Shown here one piece after another: positions 35,841 to 44,793 of a stretch of DNA of 64,000 nt. This stretch comes from Vicinamibacterales bacterium (GTDB lineage: Bacteria > Acidobacteriota > Vicinamibacteria > Vicinamibacterales > UBA8438). The stretch lies in assembly GCA_965215155.1 (NCBI GenBank), contig CBDCCY010000002.1:559698-623697 (forward strand). The letters run 5' to 3'. The position numbers and the translations under genes were made by a program. The notes beneath the pieces were generated by a model that worked only from the letters and a program-made list of their open reading frames with translations, did not search any database and was not told where the DNA came from. Position 1 is the stretch's first letter; each line of letters starts with the position of its first letter.

Positions 35841-36353
35841 CTACGGGAGCGGCGGCGGAAGGCCGAGGAGCTCGGGGACAACGGGCTCGACCGCGCGCAA
35901 CATCGCGGCGATCAGCGGAGGCAGGTCGAGGCCGCGTTGGCGCGCGGTGCGCACGACGCTGGCCAGGACCTGCTGGGTGTCGGCGCCGTGGCGGGTGCGG
36001 TTGCCGCCGCACACCTTGCGGATGACCACGGCGGGCCGGAGGGCCTGTTCGGCGCGCCAGTTGGTGGCGTCGAGCGAAGGGTCCCACAAGAATAGGAACA
36101 CAGCCGGGAATTCGGTGGCCAGGTGCGCCGCGAAACGCTCGGCGTCGTCCAGCGGCGGCGGGGCGTCGACCAGCCGCCCGAGCCGGGCCGTGAGTCGGCC
36201 GCGGGCCGTGGCCATCCCGTGCTCGCTCAGCGCTCCCGCGTTGCAGCGGTCCCGCAGGTCGAGACCGGCCCGCAGGACCGCCGCCACGTCGCCCGCCCAG
36301 GGACTGTTCGGATAGTCCTCCCGGAGCTGCTTGCAGCGTTGTAACAGGTGATT
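35841..36353 (-). pseudogene. IS66-family transposase (TnpC), 3' fragment downstream of the RIT insertion
   Basis: ORF 35841..36287 extended upstream reads NHLLQRCKQLREDYPN...FLFLWDPSLDATNWRAEQALRPAVVIRKVCGGNRTRHGADTQQVL. It continues the HQTCLNH ending of the fragment at 39740..40392. Confidence 0.75.
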
Positions 36354-36462
36354 CTTATTCCGATATCGGAATAAGAACCACTATGCCGATGTCAGGATTA
36401 TTCCGATGTTGGTGCAGACGCCCCTGTTGTTGGCGGCATCTGCACCAAACTGATCGGCATAA

Positions 36463-37452
36463 TCACAGCCCTTCGAGAAAGGCCAGGAGCGCGTCGGATG
36501 GTTGATAGCGGCCCCCGCGGACTTCGGCTGGGGTGGTCCTTGCGAGCGCCCGTTCCTTCAGGGCGAGGTCGGCATGGATGTAGATGTCGGTGGTGCGGAC
36601 GTGTTCGTGTCCGAGCCACAGGGCGATGACGGTGTTGTCGACCCCGGCGTGCAGCAACCGCATGGCTGCGGTGTGACGCAGCGTGTGCGGGGTGACGGTC
36701 TTCTCGCGGAGCGATGGGCAGGCGTGGGCCGCAGCAGCCACGTGCGTCGTGACGCGTTGCGCGAGGGCGTCTCGGCTGAGCGGTTTGCCTGTCCGCGTAG
36801 GGAAGACTGGTGCCTCTGGTGAGCTGGCGCATTCGGCCAGCCAGGCACGCAGGGCGGCGGCCACCGGCTTGGTGAGCGGAGTGACCCGGTGCTTGCGCCC
36901 TTTTCCAAGGCAGTGGACGTGCGCACCTCGCGCCAAGTGCAGGTCCGTGCAGCGCAGGCCGGTGAGTTCGGCGGCGCGCAATCCGGTCTGGATCGCGAGC
37001 GCGAGGAGAGTGTGGTCGCGGCGCCCGGTCCACGTGGTGCGGTCGGGGGCGGCGAGCAGGGCGTCGACTTCGAGGTCGGACAGGAAGGTCACGAGCCCAC
37101 GTGGACCGCGCGTGGGGGGCATCGCGAGTACGCGGGCAATGACGGCTGCCTGCTCGGGATGCTCCAGTGCGGCATAGCGGAACAGGGCATGAATGGCCGA
37201 CAACCGCGCGTTGCGGGTGCGCGCGGTGTTCGCGCGGTCGTGCTCGAGGTGGGCCAGGAATCGTCCGATGAGGGGTGCGTCGAGATCGCCGAGTTCCAGG
37301 TCCGAGGGGGCCTTGGCGAGGTGGACCGCGGCAAAGCGGACGAGCATCCGCCACGCGTCGCGGTAGGCAGCGACCGTGTGCGGGCTGGCGTGGCGCTGGT
37401 GCACGAGCCGCTCGGTGAAGAACGCCTGGAGCGTGGGAGCAAGGGCGCTCAT
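36463..37452 (-). CDS. tyrosine recombinase, third gene of the trio (RitC position)
   Basis: Frame of ORF 36463..37737. ATG 37452 overlaps the upstream stop (ATGA). Catalytic region HTLRHTAAMRLL and GHEHVRTTDIYIH. Confidence 0.8.
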   Translation of the reverse strand: MSALAPTLQAFFTERLVHQRHASPHTVAAYRDAWRMLVRFAAVHLAKAPSDLELGDLDAPLIGRFLAHLEHDRANTARTRNARLSAIHALFRYAALEHPEQAAVIARVLAMPPTRGPRGLVTFLSDLEVDALLAAPDRTTWTGRRDHTLLALAIQTGLRAAELTGLRCTDLHLARGAHVHCLGKGRKHRVTPLTKPVAAALRAWLAECASSPEAPVFPTRTGKPLSRDALAQRVTTHVAAAAHACPSLREKTVTPHTLRHTAAMRLLHAGVDNTVIALWLGHEHVRTTDIYIHADLALKERALARTTPAEVRGGRYQPSDALLAFLEGL

Positions 37453-38375
37453 GCTGAGGCCCCCAGATGGCGTTCGAGGCGGTCTGAGGCCAACTGCATC
37501 AATGCCGGTGCCGCCGACAGGTACCAGTATGTGTACTTGGGGTCGGCGTGCCCGAGATAGGTGGCCAGGAGCGCGATTCGCGCCGCCGGATTCTGGCCCT
37601 GTCGGTAGGCGTCGAGCAGCGTGCACGTCGCGAACCGATGTCGGATGTCGTGCAGCCGTGGCCGACAGGCGGCTGCGTGCGGCCGGAGGCCCGCGCGCTG
37701 GACCAGGGTGCGGAACGTCTGCTGTACATTGCGGCACAGCAGCCTCGTGCCCGCGGTAGAAACGAACAGCGCGGCGGTGTCCCGGGCCGCCAGCCGGTCC
37801 GCGCGGAGCAGATACTGCTGGACCGCGGCGCTGGCTGTGGGGTGCAGCGGAAGTGCACGGGACTTGTCGAATTTGCCGTGGCGGACGGTGATCAGCCCCT
37901 GCTCGGCGTCGAAATCGTGCCGATCGAGCGCGATGGCTTCACCGACGCGCATCCCGGTCACGACCAGCAGACCGATCAGGGTCCGATACGTTGCGGCCCG
38001 ATGCCCGGTGCGCAGCCCCGATGTGGCGACCAGCAGGGCCGCGATGTCTTCGTCGGTGTAGGGGTACGGCGTGGCGCGCTGGGCGCGCGCCTGCAACAGG
38101 TCGGCGGGCGGTATCTCGGTTGCCGGGTCGATCGTGCGCACGAAGGTCGCGAAGCCGCGGACGACGGTGAGTCGGCTGGCCCACCACGCCCTCGGGTCCT
38201 TCCCGGCGGGGAGTGTCGCCCAGGCGAGGGCGGTCTCGGTGCGCAGGCGCGTCTCCCCGCGGTCTTCGAGATAGGTCAGGAATTGCGCGAGGAGCTTCTC
38301 CGCGCGCGCCAAGCGGTAGCCCAGCGCCCGGCGCATCGTCAGATAGTCGGCCAGGGCTTGACGCAGGAAGGTCAT
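37449..38375 (-). CDS. tyrosine recombinase, second gene of the trio (RitB position)
   Basis: Frame of ORF 37449..38393. ATG 38375 overlaps the upstream stop (ATGA). HDIRHRFATCTL and LGHADPKYTYWYL. Confidence 0.8.
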   Translation of the reverse strand: MTFLRQALADYLTMRRALGYRLARAEKLLAQFLTYLEDRGETRLRTETALAWATLPAGKDPRAWWASRLTVVRGFATFVRTIDPATEIPPADLLQARAQRATPYPYTDEDIAALLVATSGLRTGHRAATYRTLIGLLVVTGMRVGEAIALDRHDFDAEQGLITVRHGKFDKSRALPLHPTASAAVQQYLLRADRLAARDTAALFVSTAGTRLLCRNVQQTFRTLVQRAGLRPHAAACRPRLHDIRHRFATCTLLDAYRQGQNPAARIALLATYLGHADPKYTYWYLSAAPALMQLASDRLERHLGASA

Positions 38376-39592
38376 GCTGCACCTCCAGGCCACGCGCGTG
38401 CGATCGTGCGCAGGGCGTCATGGTCGACCTTCGCGTAGATCGCCGTGGTCTGCAGGCGGGCGTGACGCAGGAAGTGCTGGATCTCGGACAGGGGGGCGCC
38501 CGCTCGGAGCAGTTGCGTTGCCGCGAAATGACGCAACCGATGTGCGTGGACGACGCCGAGGCCGGCTCGCTGCGCGGCGGCGGCCACAATCTGCGTGACC
38601 CCGGTCGGGCTCAACGGGCCCAGAGGCGCGACCAGGCGGACGAAGACGGTGCGCCCCTGCGCCCGGGTCGGCCGTTGGCGGAGATATGCGGCCACCGCGT
38701 TGCCCACATCGGTCGGGAGAGGCATGCGCTCGGCCCGATTCCCCTTGCCGTGTACGACGACCTCGCCGGCGCGCCAGTGCACGTCGTCGAGACGCAGGGT
38801 CGCCACTTCGGCGGCCCGCAGGCCGAGGCGGGCCAGCGTGGTGATGACCGCAAAGTCGCGGCGCCCTCCCAGCGTCCGGGGGTCGCACGCGGCGAGCAGT
38901 CGCCGGACGTGGTCGGGCTCGAGGCGCGGCGGAAGCGCCACCAGTCGTCGGCCGGCTACCGACGGGACGGCCGTCGCCAGCGAACGCTGGACCACCCCGG
39001 TGACATGCAGGAAGACCAGCAGCGAGCGCAGTGCGGTCGACGTCAGTTGCGCGGCCCGGCGGGATTGCTCGGCACAGCGCGCCACCATGAACGCAGTCAC
39101 GTCGGCCTCACCGAGTTGCTCGAGGTCCAGCCCGAGGCCGTCGGCCGAGATGCAGCCGCGCAGAAAGGGGCGGACCGCATCGACGTAGCCCTGGGCGGTG
39201 GCTTCGCCCAGACCCCGTTCCACGGTGAGGTAGTGCCGGTAGAGCACCAGGGTCTTGTCCACGGGCCCTGTCGGGATGGGCGTCGTCGCAGGCGGGATCG
39301 CGCCACGAGCCCGGAGGTACGTCAGCAACGGGCGCAGCGCCTTGCCCGTCAGATGCCTCTTGTAGCCGGCCTTCTGCCGTGCTTGCAGAAACTGCTGCGT
39401 TCGCTCTGGCAGGTCGCCGATGTCGAGGCCTCTTGCCTGCAGCCACCGGCTGACGGCCGACGCCAGAGACAACTGCGTCCGCAGCGAGCGCGGTGTGTAG
39501 CCTTGCTGCGCAAGCTCCGTCGCGAAGCCCGCCGCGAACGGCTTGAGCGAACCAGCGATGGCGACGACGGGAACGCGTGACGGATCACTCAT
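38372..39592 (-). CDS. tyrosine recombinase, first gene of the trio (RitA position)
   Basis: ORF 38372..39592. HRLRHFAATQLL and LRHARLQTTAIYAKV. SAM-like N-terminal domain. Confidence 0.8.
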   Translation of the reverse strand: MSDPSRVPVVAIAGSLKPFAAGFATELAQQGYTPRSLRTQLSLASAVSRWLQARGLDIGDLPERTQQFLQARQKAGYKRHLTGKALRPLLTYLRARGAIPPATTPIPTGPVDKTLVLYRHYLTVERGLGEATAQGYVDAVRPFLRGCISADGLGLDLEQLGEADVTAFMVARCAEQSRRAAQLTSTALRSLLVFLHVTGVVQRSLATAVPSVAGRRLVALPPRLEPDHVRRLLAACDPRTLGGRRDFAVITTLARLGLRAAEVATLRLDDVHWRAGEVVVHGKGNRAERMPLPTDVGNAVAAYLRQRPTRAQGRTVFVRLVAPLGPLSPTGVTQIVAAAAQRAGLGVVHAHRLRHFAATQLLRAGAPLSEIQHFLRHARLQTTAIYAKVDHDALRTIARAWPGGAA

Positions 39593-39739
39593 GAGAGCCT
39601 CCTCTCTCGTGGGTCGTGAGAGAAGAGTCTCCGTCCGTCAGCGCGCGGTGATTATCCGGATCGTCTCGTCGAAGACGCCCTGCACGACCGGGACATCAGG
39701 GCGGACATCGGAATAATCCCGACATCGGCATAGTGGTTC

Positions 39740-40392
39740 AGACACGTTTGGTGCAGGCCGTCGTAGCAGCGATACGGCGCCCATCCGTCGCGCACGAGCA
39801 CGCCGACGTAGTCGGTCCCCAGCACCGTGGCGGCATCGGCGAACCCGCGGCCGGGGCAGATGGCGTAGACCGTCGTCTCCGGCGTGACGAACGTCCACAG
39901 CCAATGGCGCTCGCCGCCGACGCGCCAGCCCGTCTCGTCCGGCGTGACCACGGGCGCGTTGCGGACCTGCTCGCACAGTTCCGTGTAGGCCGGCGCGGCG
40001 GCACGGGCCGCCCGGTGCAGCACGTGGGCCAGCCCGCCCGGCGTCACCTGCAGCCCGAACGTGGTCCGCAGCAGGTGCGCGACCTTCGCCAGCGGCACCC
40101 CCATCTCCGTGTGCAGCTCGACCAACAGCGCCACGACCGCGGGACCGAGCTGCACGCCCGCCGCCCCCAGCGCGTCCGAGGTCTGCAGCTCGTGGCGGCC
40201 CTGCACCCGCCGCTGACACCGCGTGCAGTGACCAACCTCGATGGCAAAGCGCCGCACCACCGGGCGCACCACCGGCAGGTCTTCCTGATACTGCGACGCC
40301 TCGCGGGTCCTTTCGACCGCGCCGCCGCAGTCCGGACATTCCCTCGGAATCGGCGCCGCGTGGGTCTCGTCGACCTGCGCCGGACGCCGGCG
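39740..40392 (-). pseudogene. IS66-family transposase (TnpC), middle fragment, lacking about the first 100 codons
   Basis: Part of ORF 39652..40587. PRECPDCGGAV...GHCTRCQRRV...VVTPDETGWRVGGERHWLWTFVTPETTVYAICPGRG...VLVRDGWAPYRCYDGLHQTCLNH. Fused upstream in-frame to radical SAM sequence. Confidence 0.75.
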
Positions 40393-40587
40393 GCAGCCAT
40401 GGCAGCGCAACTGGCAGCCCGAGATGACCGAGATGAAGAGGAACGGCGGGAAGTGCTCGCCCCGCTTGAGCCGCCGCTTGTAGAGCTGCACGGAGCGGAC
40501 GCCCTTGACGCCCATGTTCCAGACCAGCTTGCGCAGGGCGCGCGGGTCGGGCTCCGTCAGCATCCGCCGGGCGAGTCCGAGCACCAC
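40393..40587 (-). pseudogene. radical SAM enzyme, N-terminal about 65 codons with the CxxxCxxC motif (rest at 17833..18797)
   Basis: Start of ORF 39652..40587: MVLGLARRMLTEPDPRALRKLVWNMGVKGVRSVQLYKRRLKRGEHFPPFLFISVISGCQLRCHGC. Similarity then switches to IS66 TnpC. The start is 4 nt after the upstream gene stop. Confidence 0.7.
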
Positions 40588-40591
40588 CTGG

Positions 40592-41494
40592 TCAGCCCTC
40601 CTGCCGCGCCGCCGCGGCGTCGATGGCGGCCTGGGCGCGCGCCTTGGCCGCCTCGGCCTTGGCCTGGATGTCCTCGAGGGTCGGCAGGCTCGCCAGCACC
40701 TCGGCCGGAATGTCGAGGTTCTCCTGCAGCTTGACGAGGCACTTCTGGCGCTCCTTGAGCGCCCGCTCCTCGTCGCGCTCCTTCGAGAAGCGCGACTTCG
40801 CCTTCGCGCTCCGGTCGCGCAGCGCGGCGTAGATGTCGCCGCCGAGCAGGGCCGAGATATCGACCTTCATCGCCTCCCGGCGCACGTCCTCCGCCTGGAT
40901 CTCGCCGCCGTGAATCGGCCCGTGGCGGTACTTGGGGAAGAGGATCGCCACCTCGGGGCAGACGCGAGAGCAGGCGGGGCAGTCGGTCTTGCAGTTGTCG
41001 TGGTTCTGGACCTGGATCTGGCCGCCCTTCGAGACGCCGTAGACGTCGAAGAGACAGAAGCTGAGGCACTGCATGCAGTTGGTGCAGCGGTCGAAGTCGA
41101 TGACCGGGAACCAGGGCTTCCAGGCGCCCGGCTCGCGGACGTCGCACTCGGCCCGGATGGCGTCCACCAGGGCCGCCACCGCGTCCGGCGTCCGGCCGCC
41201 GATGTCCCGGAACCACACACGGCCGCCGGAATCGGCGGCGGCCTCCGCGGGCTGCGGCTCCGTGAAGCGGCCCAGCACGGCCAGCACGTTCCCGTTGTCC
41301 TTCACCGCGGGCTTCACCGCGCGCGGGGGCGCGCCTGCCGCACCACCCGCCCCGATCCGCGTCACGCGGTAGCCCTTGTCGAGCAGCGTCTGCAGCACGT
41401 CGAAGCGATGCGCCGCGTCCAGCGGCTTGGCCCCGCGGCCTTCGTACAGCGCCACCCGCAGCACGGGCAGCGACAGGGCGCCGGCGCCGCTCAT
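40592..41494 (-). CDS. 4Fe-4S dicluster ferredoxin-domain protein with N-terminal and C-terminal extensions
   Basis: Frame of ORF 40592..41809. ATG 41494 overlaps the upstream stop (ATGA). CTNCMQCLSFC and CKTDCPACSRVCP cluster motifs. Lys/Glu-rich coiled C-terminus. Confidence 0.7.
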   Translation of the reverse strand: MSGAGALSLPVLRVALYEGRGAKPLDAAHRFDVLQTLLDKGYRVTRIGAGGAAGAPPRAVKPAVKDNGNVLAVLGRFTEPQPAEAAADSGGRVWFRDIGGRTPDAVAALVDAIRAECDVREPGAWKPWFPVIDFDRCTNCMQCLSFCLFDVYGVSKGGQIQVQNHDNCKTDCPACSRVCPEVAILFPKYRHGPIHGGEIQAEDVRREAMKVDISALLGGDIYAALRDRSAKAKSRFSKERDEERALKERQKCLVKLQENLDIPAEVLASLPTLEDIQAKAEAAKARAQAAIDAAAARQEG

Positions 41495-41856
41495 CGGTCG
41501 CCGCCTCCATCGTCCCGGTTCAGCATCGCCTCCGCCACGGCCTCGGCCGTCTCTTCGCGCATGTTGAGAATCGTCGCCCTTTCCTTGTCCAGCGGCGTCC
41601 CGGCCGACGAGAAGAGCCAGCGCACCGCGCGCGGGTAGCAGGCGGCAATCGTCACCTCGCGCCCCCCCGCAATCTCCGCCAGCCGCGGATCCCGCCGCGC
41701 CGACATCTCGCACAGATCGGGCACGGCGTCGAAATCGGCCCCGGACGCCGCCAGCGCCTCCAGCGCCCCGTCCTTCACCTTGCGCGGCACCACGCGGGCG
41801 TAGGCGCAACGGCAGTAGACCAGGTTGGGCGCGGCGGTCGCTTCGGAATCGGCCAT
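41491..41856 (-). CDS. small four-cysteine protein of unknown function
   Basis: Frame of ORF 41491..41955. ATG 41856 overlaps the upstream stop (TGATG). MADSEATAAPNLVYCRCAYARVVP...VPDLCEM...IAACYPRAV. No family recognised. Confidence 0.5.
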   Translation of the reverse strand: MADSEATAAPNLVYCRCAYARVVPRKVKDGALEALAASGADFDAVPDLCEMSARRDPRLAEIAGGREVTIAACYPRAVRWLFSSAGTPLDKERATILNMREETAEAVAEAMLNRDDGGGDR

Positions 41857-43082
41857 CACACCGTCGCCAGACGATAGGTGGGGGTCGGCCGGGACGGCCG
41901 GAAGTGCTCGATGTGCTCGATCTCGGCCCGGCGGTCCGGTCCCGCCGCCTCCCACGCGGAGAACGCCGCGAGCGCCGCCTCGCGCAGCCGCGGAGGCTCG
42001 TGCTCGGCGCGCAGGTTGACGATCAGCTCCGCCGCATCGACCGGCTCCTTGAGCGAGTGGGCGAGCTCGGCCCGCCGATCGCCCGCGACCAGGTTGAGGA
42101 CCGCGATGTCCGCGGGCAACTCGTCCGCCGTCAGCGTCATCTTGAGGTGGGCGATCTCCCCCGCGCCGACGGCATCCGCCATGCCCGCCGCGAGGTCGCG
42201 AAGCAGCGCGTTTCCGTCGAACGGCACCGCGGACGACACGCGCACCGTGGCGTTCAGCCAGCCGAGCAGGGCTTCGCCCTCGGCGTAGGCATCGTAGTCC
42301 ACTTCCGGCGCCGTCCCGAGACCCATCGCGCCGCGGGTCACCCGCTCCACCCAGGGTCCCAGCCCGTCGCCCTCGCGCGCCGACATCGCCAGCACCTCCG
42401 CCTGCGGATAGCGCTCCTCCAAAGCATCGCGCAACCGCCCGAGGCGCGCCCCATCCAGCAGATCGACCTTGTTGACCACGATGACGTCCGCCTCCGCGAG
42501 CTGCCGGTCGTATACGTAGCGCACCTTCTGCGAGAACGAACGGCCTGTCTCCAGCCTCAGCACCCGCAGGGCGCGGAGCGGATCGACGAGCACGCTCAGC
42601 GGCGCGATCTCGAAGGCGTCACCGTACATCCGGCGCAACGGATAGCTGACGGCGGCCCTGAGGTCGGTGCAGCTCCCGACCGGCTCGGCAAGGAATACGT
42701 CCGGGCGCGCCTCTGCGTTCAGTCGGTCCGCGGCCTCCATCAAGGTGTTGAACCGGCAACAGAAGCAGCCGCCGGTGATCTCCTCCACCGGAAAGCCCTG
42801 CGCGCGGGCCAGCGCGGTGTCGACGAGCCCGACGCTCTGGTCGTTGGTGATCAGCCCGACCCGCCGTCCGCGGTCGGTCAGCAGGCGCGCGAGCCGGACG
42901 ATGGCCGTCGTCTTGCCGGCCCCGAGGAAGCCGCCGACCATGACGTAGCGCGCTCGCGCGCCCTGGCGGGCGCGTTGGGAGTCTGCGCTCGCGCGAAGCA
43001 CCCTTGACGAGCGTTCTGCGGCGCAGACTCCTGGCGCGCCGTCCGGCGCCGTCGTCCCGCGTTGCGTCTCGTCTCCCGTCAT
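41856..43082 (-). CDS. G3E-family P-loop GTPase, COG0523/CobW-like (GCxCC motif)
   Basis: ORF 41856..43082. GGFLGAGKTT, EITGGCFCC and VVNKVDLL. The N-terminal about 45 codons are encoded by a REP-like element, so the true start may be internal. Confidence 0.75.
   Translation of the reverse strand: MTGDETQRGTTAPDGAPGVCAAERSSRVLRASADSQRARQGARARYVMVGGFLGAGKTTAIVRLARLLTDRGRRVGLITNDQSVGLVDTALARAQGFPVEEITGGCFCCRFNTLMEAADRLNAEARPDVFLAEPVGSCTDLRAAVSYPLRRMYGDAFEIAPLSVLVDPLRALRVLRLETGRSFSQKVRYVYDRQLAEADVIVVNKVDLLDGARLGRLRDALEERYPQAEVLAMSAREGDGLGPWVERVTRGAMGLGTAPEVDYDAYAEGEALLGWLNATVRVSSAVPFDGNALLRDLAAGMADAVGAGEIAHLKMTLTADELPADIAVLNLVAGDRRAELAHSLKEPVDAAELIVNLRAEHEPPRLREAALAAFSAWEAAGPDRRAEIEHIEHFRPSRPTPTYRLATV
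42956..43031 (+). repeat. REP-like composite element (GCGCGCCCTGGCGGGCGCGTTGGGAGTCTGCGC ... GCGCAGACTCC)
   Basis: 11-bp inverted repeat GGAGTCTGCGC/GCGCAGACTCC separated by about 30 nt, plus the GCGCGCCC-N4-GGGCGCG hairpin. Same family as 20573-20599, 47942-48109 and 62281-62357. Confidence 0.6.
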
Positions 43083-43555
43083 TCCCCGTCACCCTCGCGG
43101 CGGCTCTCCAGCATGCGATCGATGGTCGCGTCGAGCACGTGCACGTACTCGTCGACGTCCAGGCTGGCCGGATCCGGCGACCCCTCGACGGCGTAGAGCC
43201 AGCCCTCGTCGTACGGTGCGGACTCGACGAGCGTGATGTCGGCGTCGAGCGCCGCGTTGGCTCCGCCGAAGCGGCCCGACGCCACGGCGTAGATGTCCGA
43301 GACGGCCTTGAATCCCTCGATCGAGCCGATCCGCTGCCCCAGTTGCACAGGCTCGCCCGGCGCCAGCGCGAAGGAGCATTCTACTAGGTCGCCCAGCATG
43401 CGGGTGGCGAAGGTGGTCAGGCCGACGCGCCAGCCGCCGGCGGCCGCCCGGGTGAGCCAGTAGTGCGACCGCGTGAACCGGTGGCCGGCGGGCAGGCGCG
43501 TCGCGAACCGGGAACGCCGGTAGCGGACGAAGCGGCTCGCGGGCGGCGTCGTCAT
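43079..43555 (-). CDS. glycine-cleavage H-protein-like lipoyl-carrier domain protein
   Basis: Tail of ORF 43079..44689. ATG 43555 overlaps the upstream stop (ATGA). HYWLTRAAAGGWRVGLTTFATRMLGDLV and IGSIEGFKAVSDIYA, with the lysine at the lipoyl-attachment position. Confidence 0.75.
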   Translation of the reverse strand: MTTPPASRFVRYRRSRFATRLPAGHRFTRSHYWLTRAAAGGWRVGLTTFATRMLGDLVECSFALAPGEPVQLGQRIGSIEGFKAVSDIYAVASGRFGGANAALDADITLVESAPYDEGWLYAVEGSPDPASLDVDEYVHVLDATIDRMLESRREGDGE

Positions 43556-44754
43556 GACGGCCGCGGCGTCGCGGGGACGGCGCCGGCCAGCAGAGCGCCG
43601 GTCATCGCCTCCAGATCGGGCGGGTCCGAGAGATGGCACCACGAGAGCCGCACGGCGCCGGCTTCCTCGTCCGGCGGGAGGCCCATCGCGGCCAGCACGT
43701 GGCTGCAGGTGTACGCCTGCGAGGTGCAGGCGGCGCCGTCCGAAATGGCGACCAGCCCGGCCCACGCCTCGATGAGGGCGTCCTTGTCCCAGCCCGGGAT
43801 CGAGAGATTGACGATGTACGGCAGCCGGCGCTGGGGATCGCCATGCACGCGCGGCGCGAGCGGCGCCAGTCCCGCGAGCAGGCGCTCCCCGAACGCGGCG
43901 GCCGCGGCGAGCCGCGCGTCGTGCTCGTCGAGAGCCAGTTCGGCGGCCTTGCCGAACGCGGCAATCAGGCCGACCGGCAGCGTGCCGGGCCGCAACCCCA
44001 GCTCCTGCCCCCCGCCGTACAGCAGGGGCGTCAGCGGGGGACGGGCGCCGCCCCGATGCCGGGCGAGCAGGGCGCCGACGCCCTTGGGGCCACAGATCTT
44101 GTGGCCGCTGGCGCTGATCAGGTCGACCCGCGGGTGCCGCAGCGCGTCGAGCGCCTTGCCGAATCCCTGCGCGGCATCGACGTGCAGGATGGCCGGCGAG
44201 CCGGCGAGCCGGTCGGCGATTTCCGCAATCGGCTGCTCGACGCCGGTCTCGTTGTTCACGTGCATCACGGATACGAGCAGCGTGTCGGGTCGCACCGCCG
44301 CGACCACGCGTTCCGGGTCGATCCAACCCCCGGGCTCCGCATCCAGCAGCGAAAGCTCGAACCCGCGCGAGGCGAGCACGCGCAGGGGCTCCAGCACGGC
44401 GTGGTGCTCGATCTTCGTGCCGACGAGGTGCATGCGCCGCTCCCCGCGCCCGTACGACTCCAGGCCGAGGATGGCGAGGTTGTTGGACTCCGTGGCGCCG
44501 CTCGTGAAGACGACCTCGTTGCGGCGGACGCCGGCTACCCGGGCTACGTGGGCGCGAGCCCGCTCCACCGCCTGCCGCGCGGTCCGACCGTAGTCGTGCG
44601 TCCGGCTTCCGGCGTTTCCGAAGTCCACCTCGGCATAGCGGCGGAGTTCCGCCTGCACCCGCGGGTCGAGGGGGCAGGTGGCAGCGCAATCCAGATAGAC
44701 TGGCCCGGACCGGTCAGGCGGTGGCACGGTGGCTCCGGATTGTACCCGCAGCAT
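43552..44754 (-). CDS. class V aminotransferase, NifS/IscS-like cysteine desulfurase
   Basis: Frame of ORF 43552..45438, ATG 44754. YLDCAATCPLDPRV, FTSGATESNN, PLP-lysine motif SASGHKICGPKGVGAL and LRPGTLPV. Confidence 0.8.
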   Translation of the reverse strand: MLRVQSGATVPPPDRSGPVYLDCAATCPLDPRVQAELRRYAEVDFGNAGSRTHDYGRTARQAVERARAHVARVAGVRRNEVVFTSGATESNNLAILGLESYGRGERRMHLVGTKIEHHAVLEPLRVLASRGFELSLLDAEPGGWIDPERVVAAVRPDTLLVSVMHVNNETGVEQPIAEIADRLAGSPAILHVDAAQGFGKALDALRHPRVDLISASGHKICGPKGVGALLARHRGGARPPLTPLLYGGGQELGLRPGTLPVGLIAAFGKAAELALDEHDARLAAAAAFGERLLAGLAPLAPRVHGDPQRRLPYIVNLSIPGWDKDALIEAWAGLVAISDGAACTSQAYTCSHVLAAMGLPPDEEAGAVRLSWCHLSDPPDLEAMTGALLAGAVPATPRPS

Positions 44755-44793
44755 CGGCGCCCCGCAGTCCTGCGGGCCGGTGGCCGGTCGCCC

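Larger units (their letters stand above)
36354..39739 (-). mobile_element. recombinase-in-trio (RIT) element, about 3.4 kb, inserted in the IS66 tnpC gene (ends +/-10 bp)
   Basis: Three overlapping tyrosine recombinase genes. 35-bp terminal inverted repeats GAACCACTATGCCGATGTC(A/G)GGATTATTCCGATGT at 36375-36409 and 39705-39739. Subterminal CCGATGTC/GACATCGG repeats. Perfect palindrome TTATTCCGATATCGGAATAA at 36355-36374. Confidence 0.8.
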
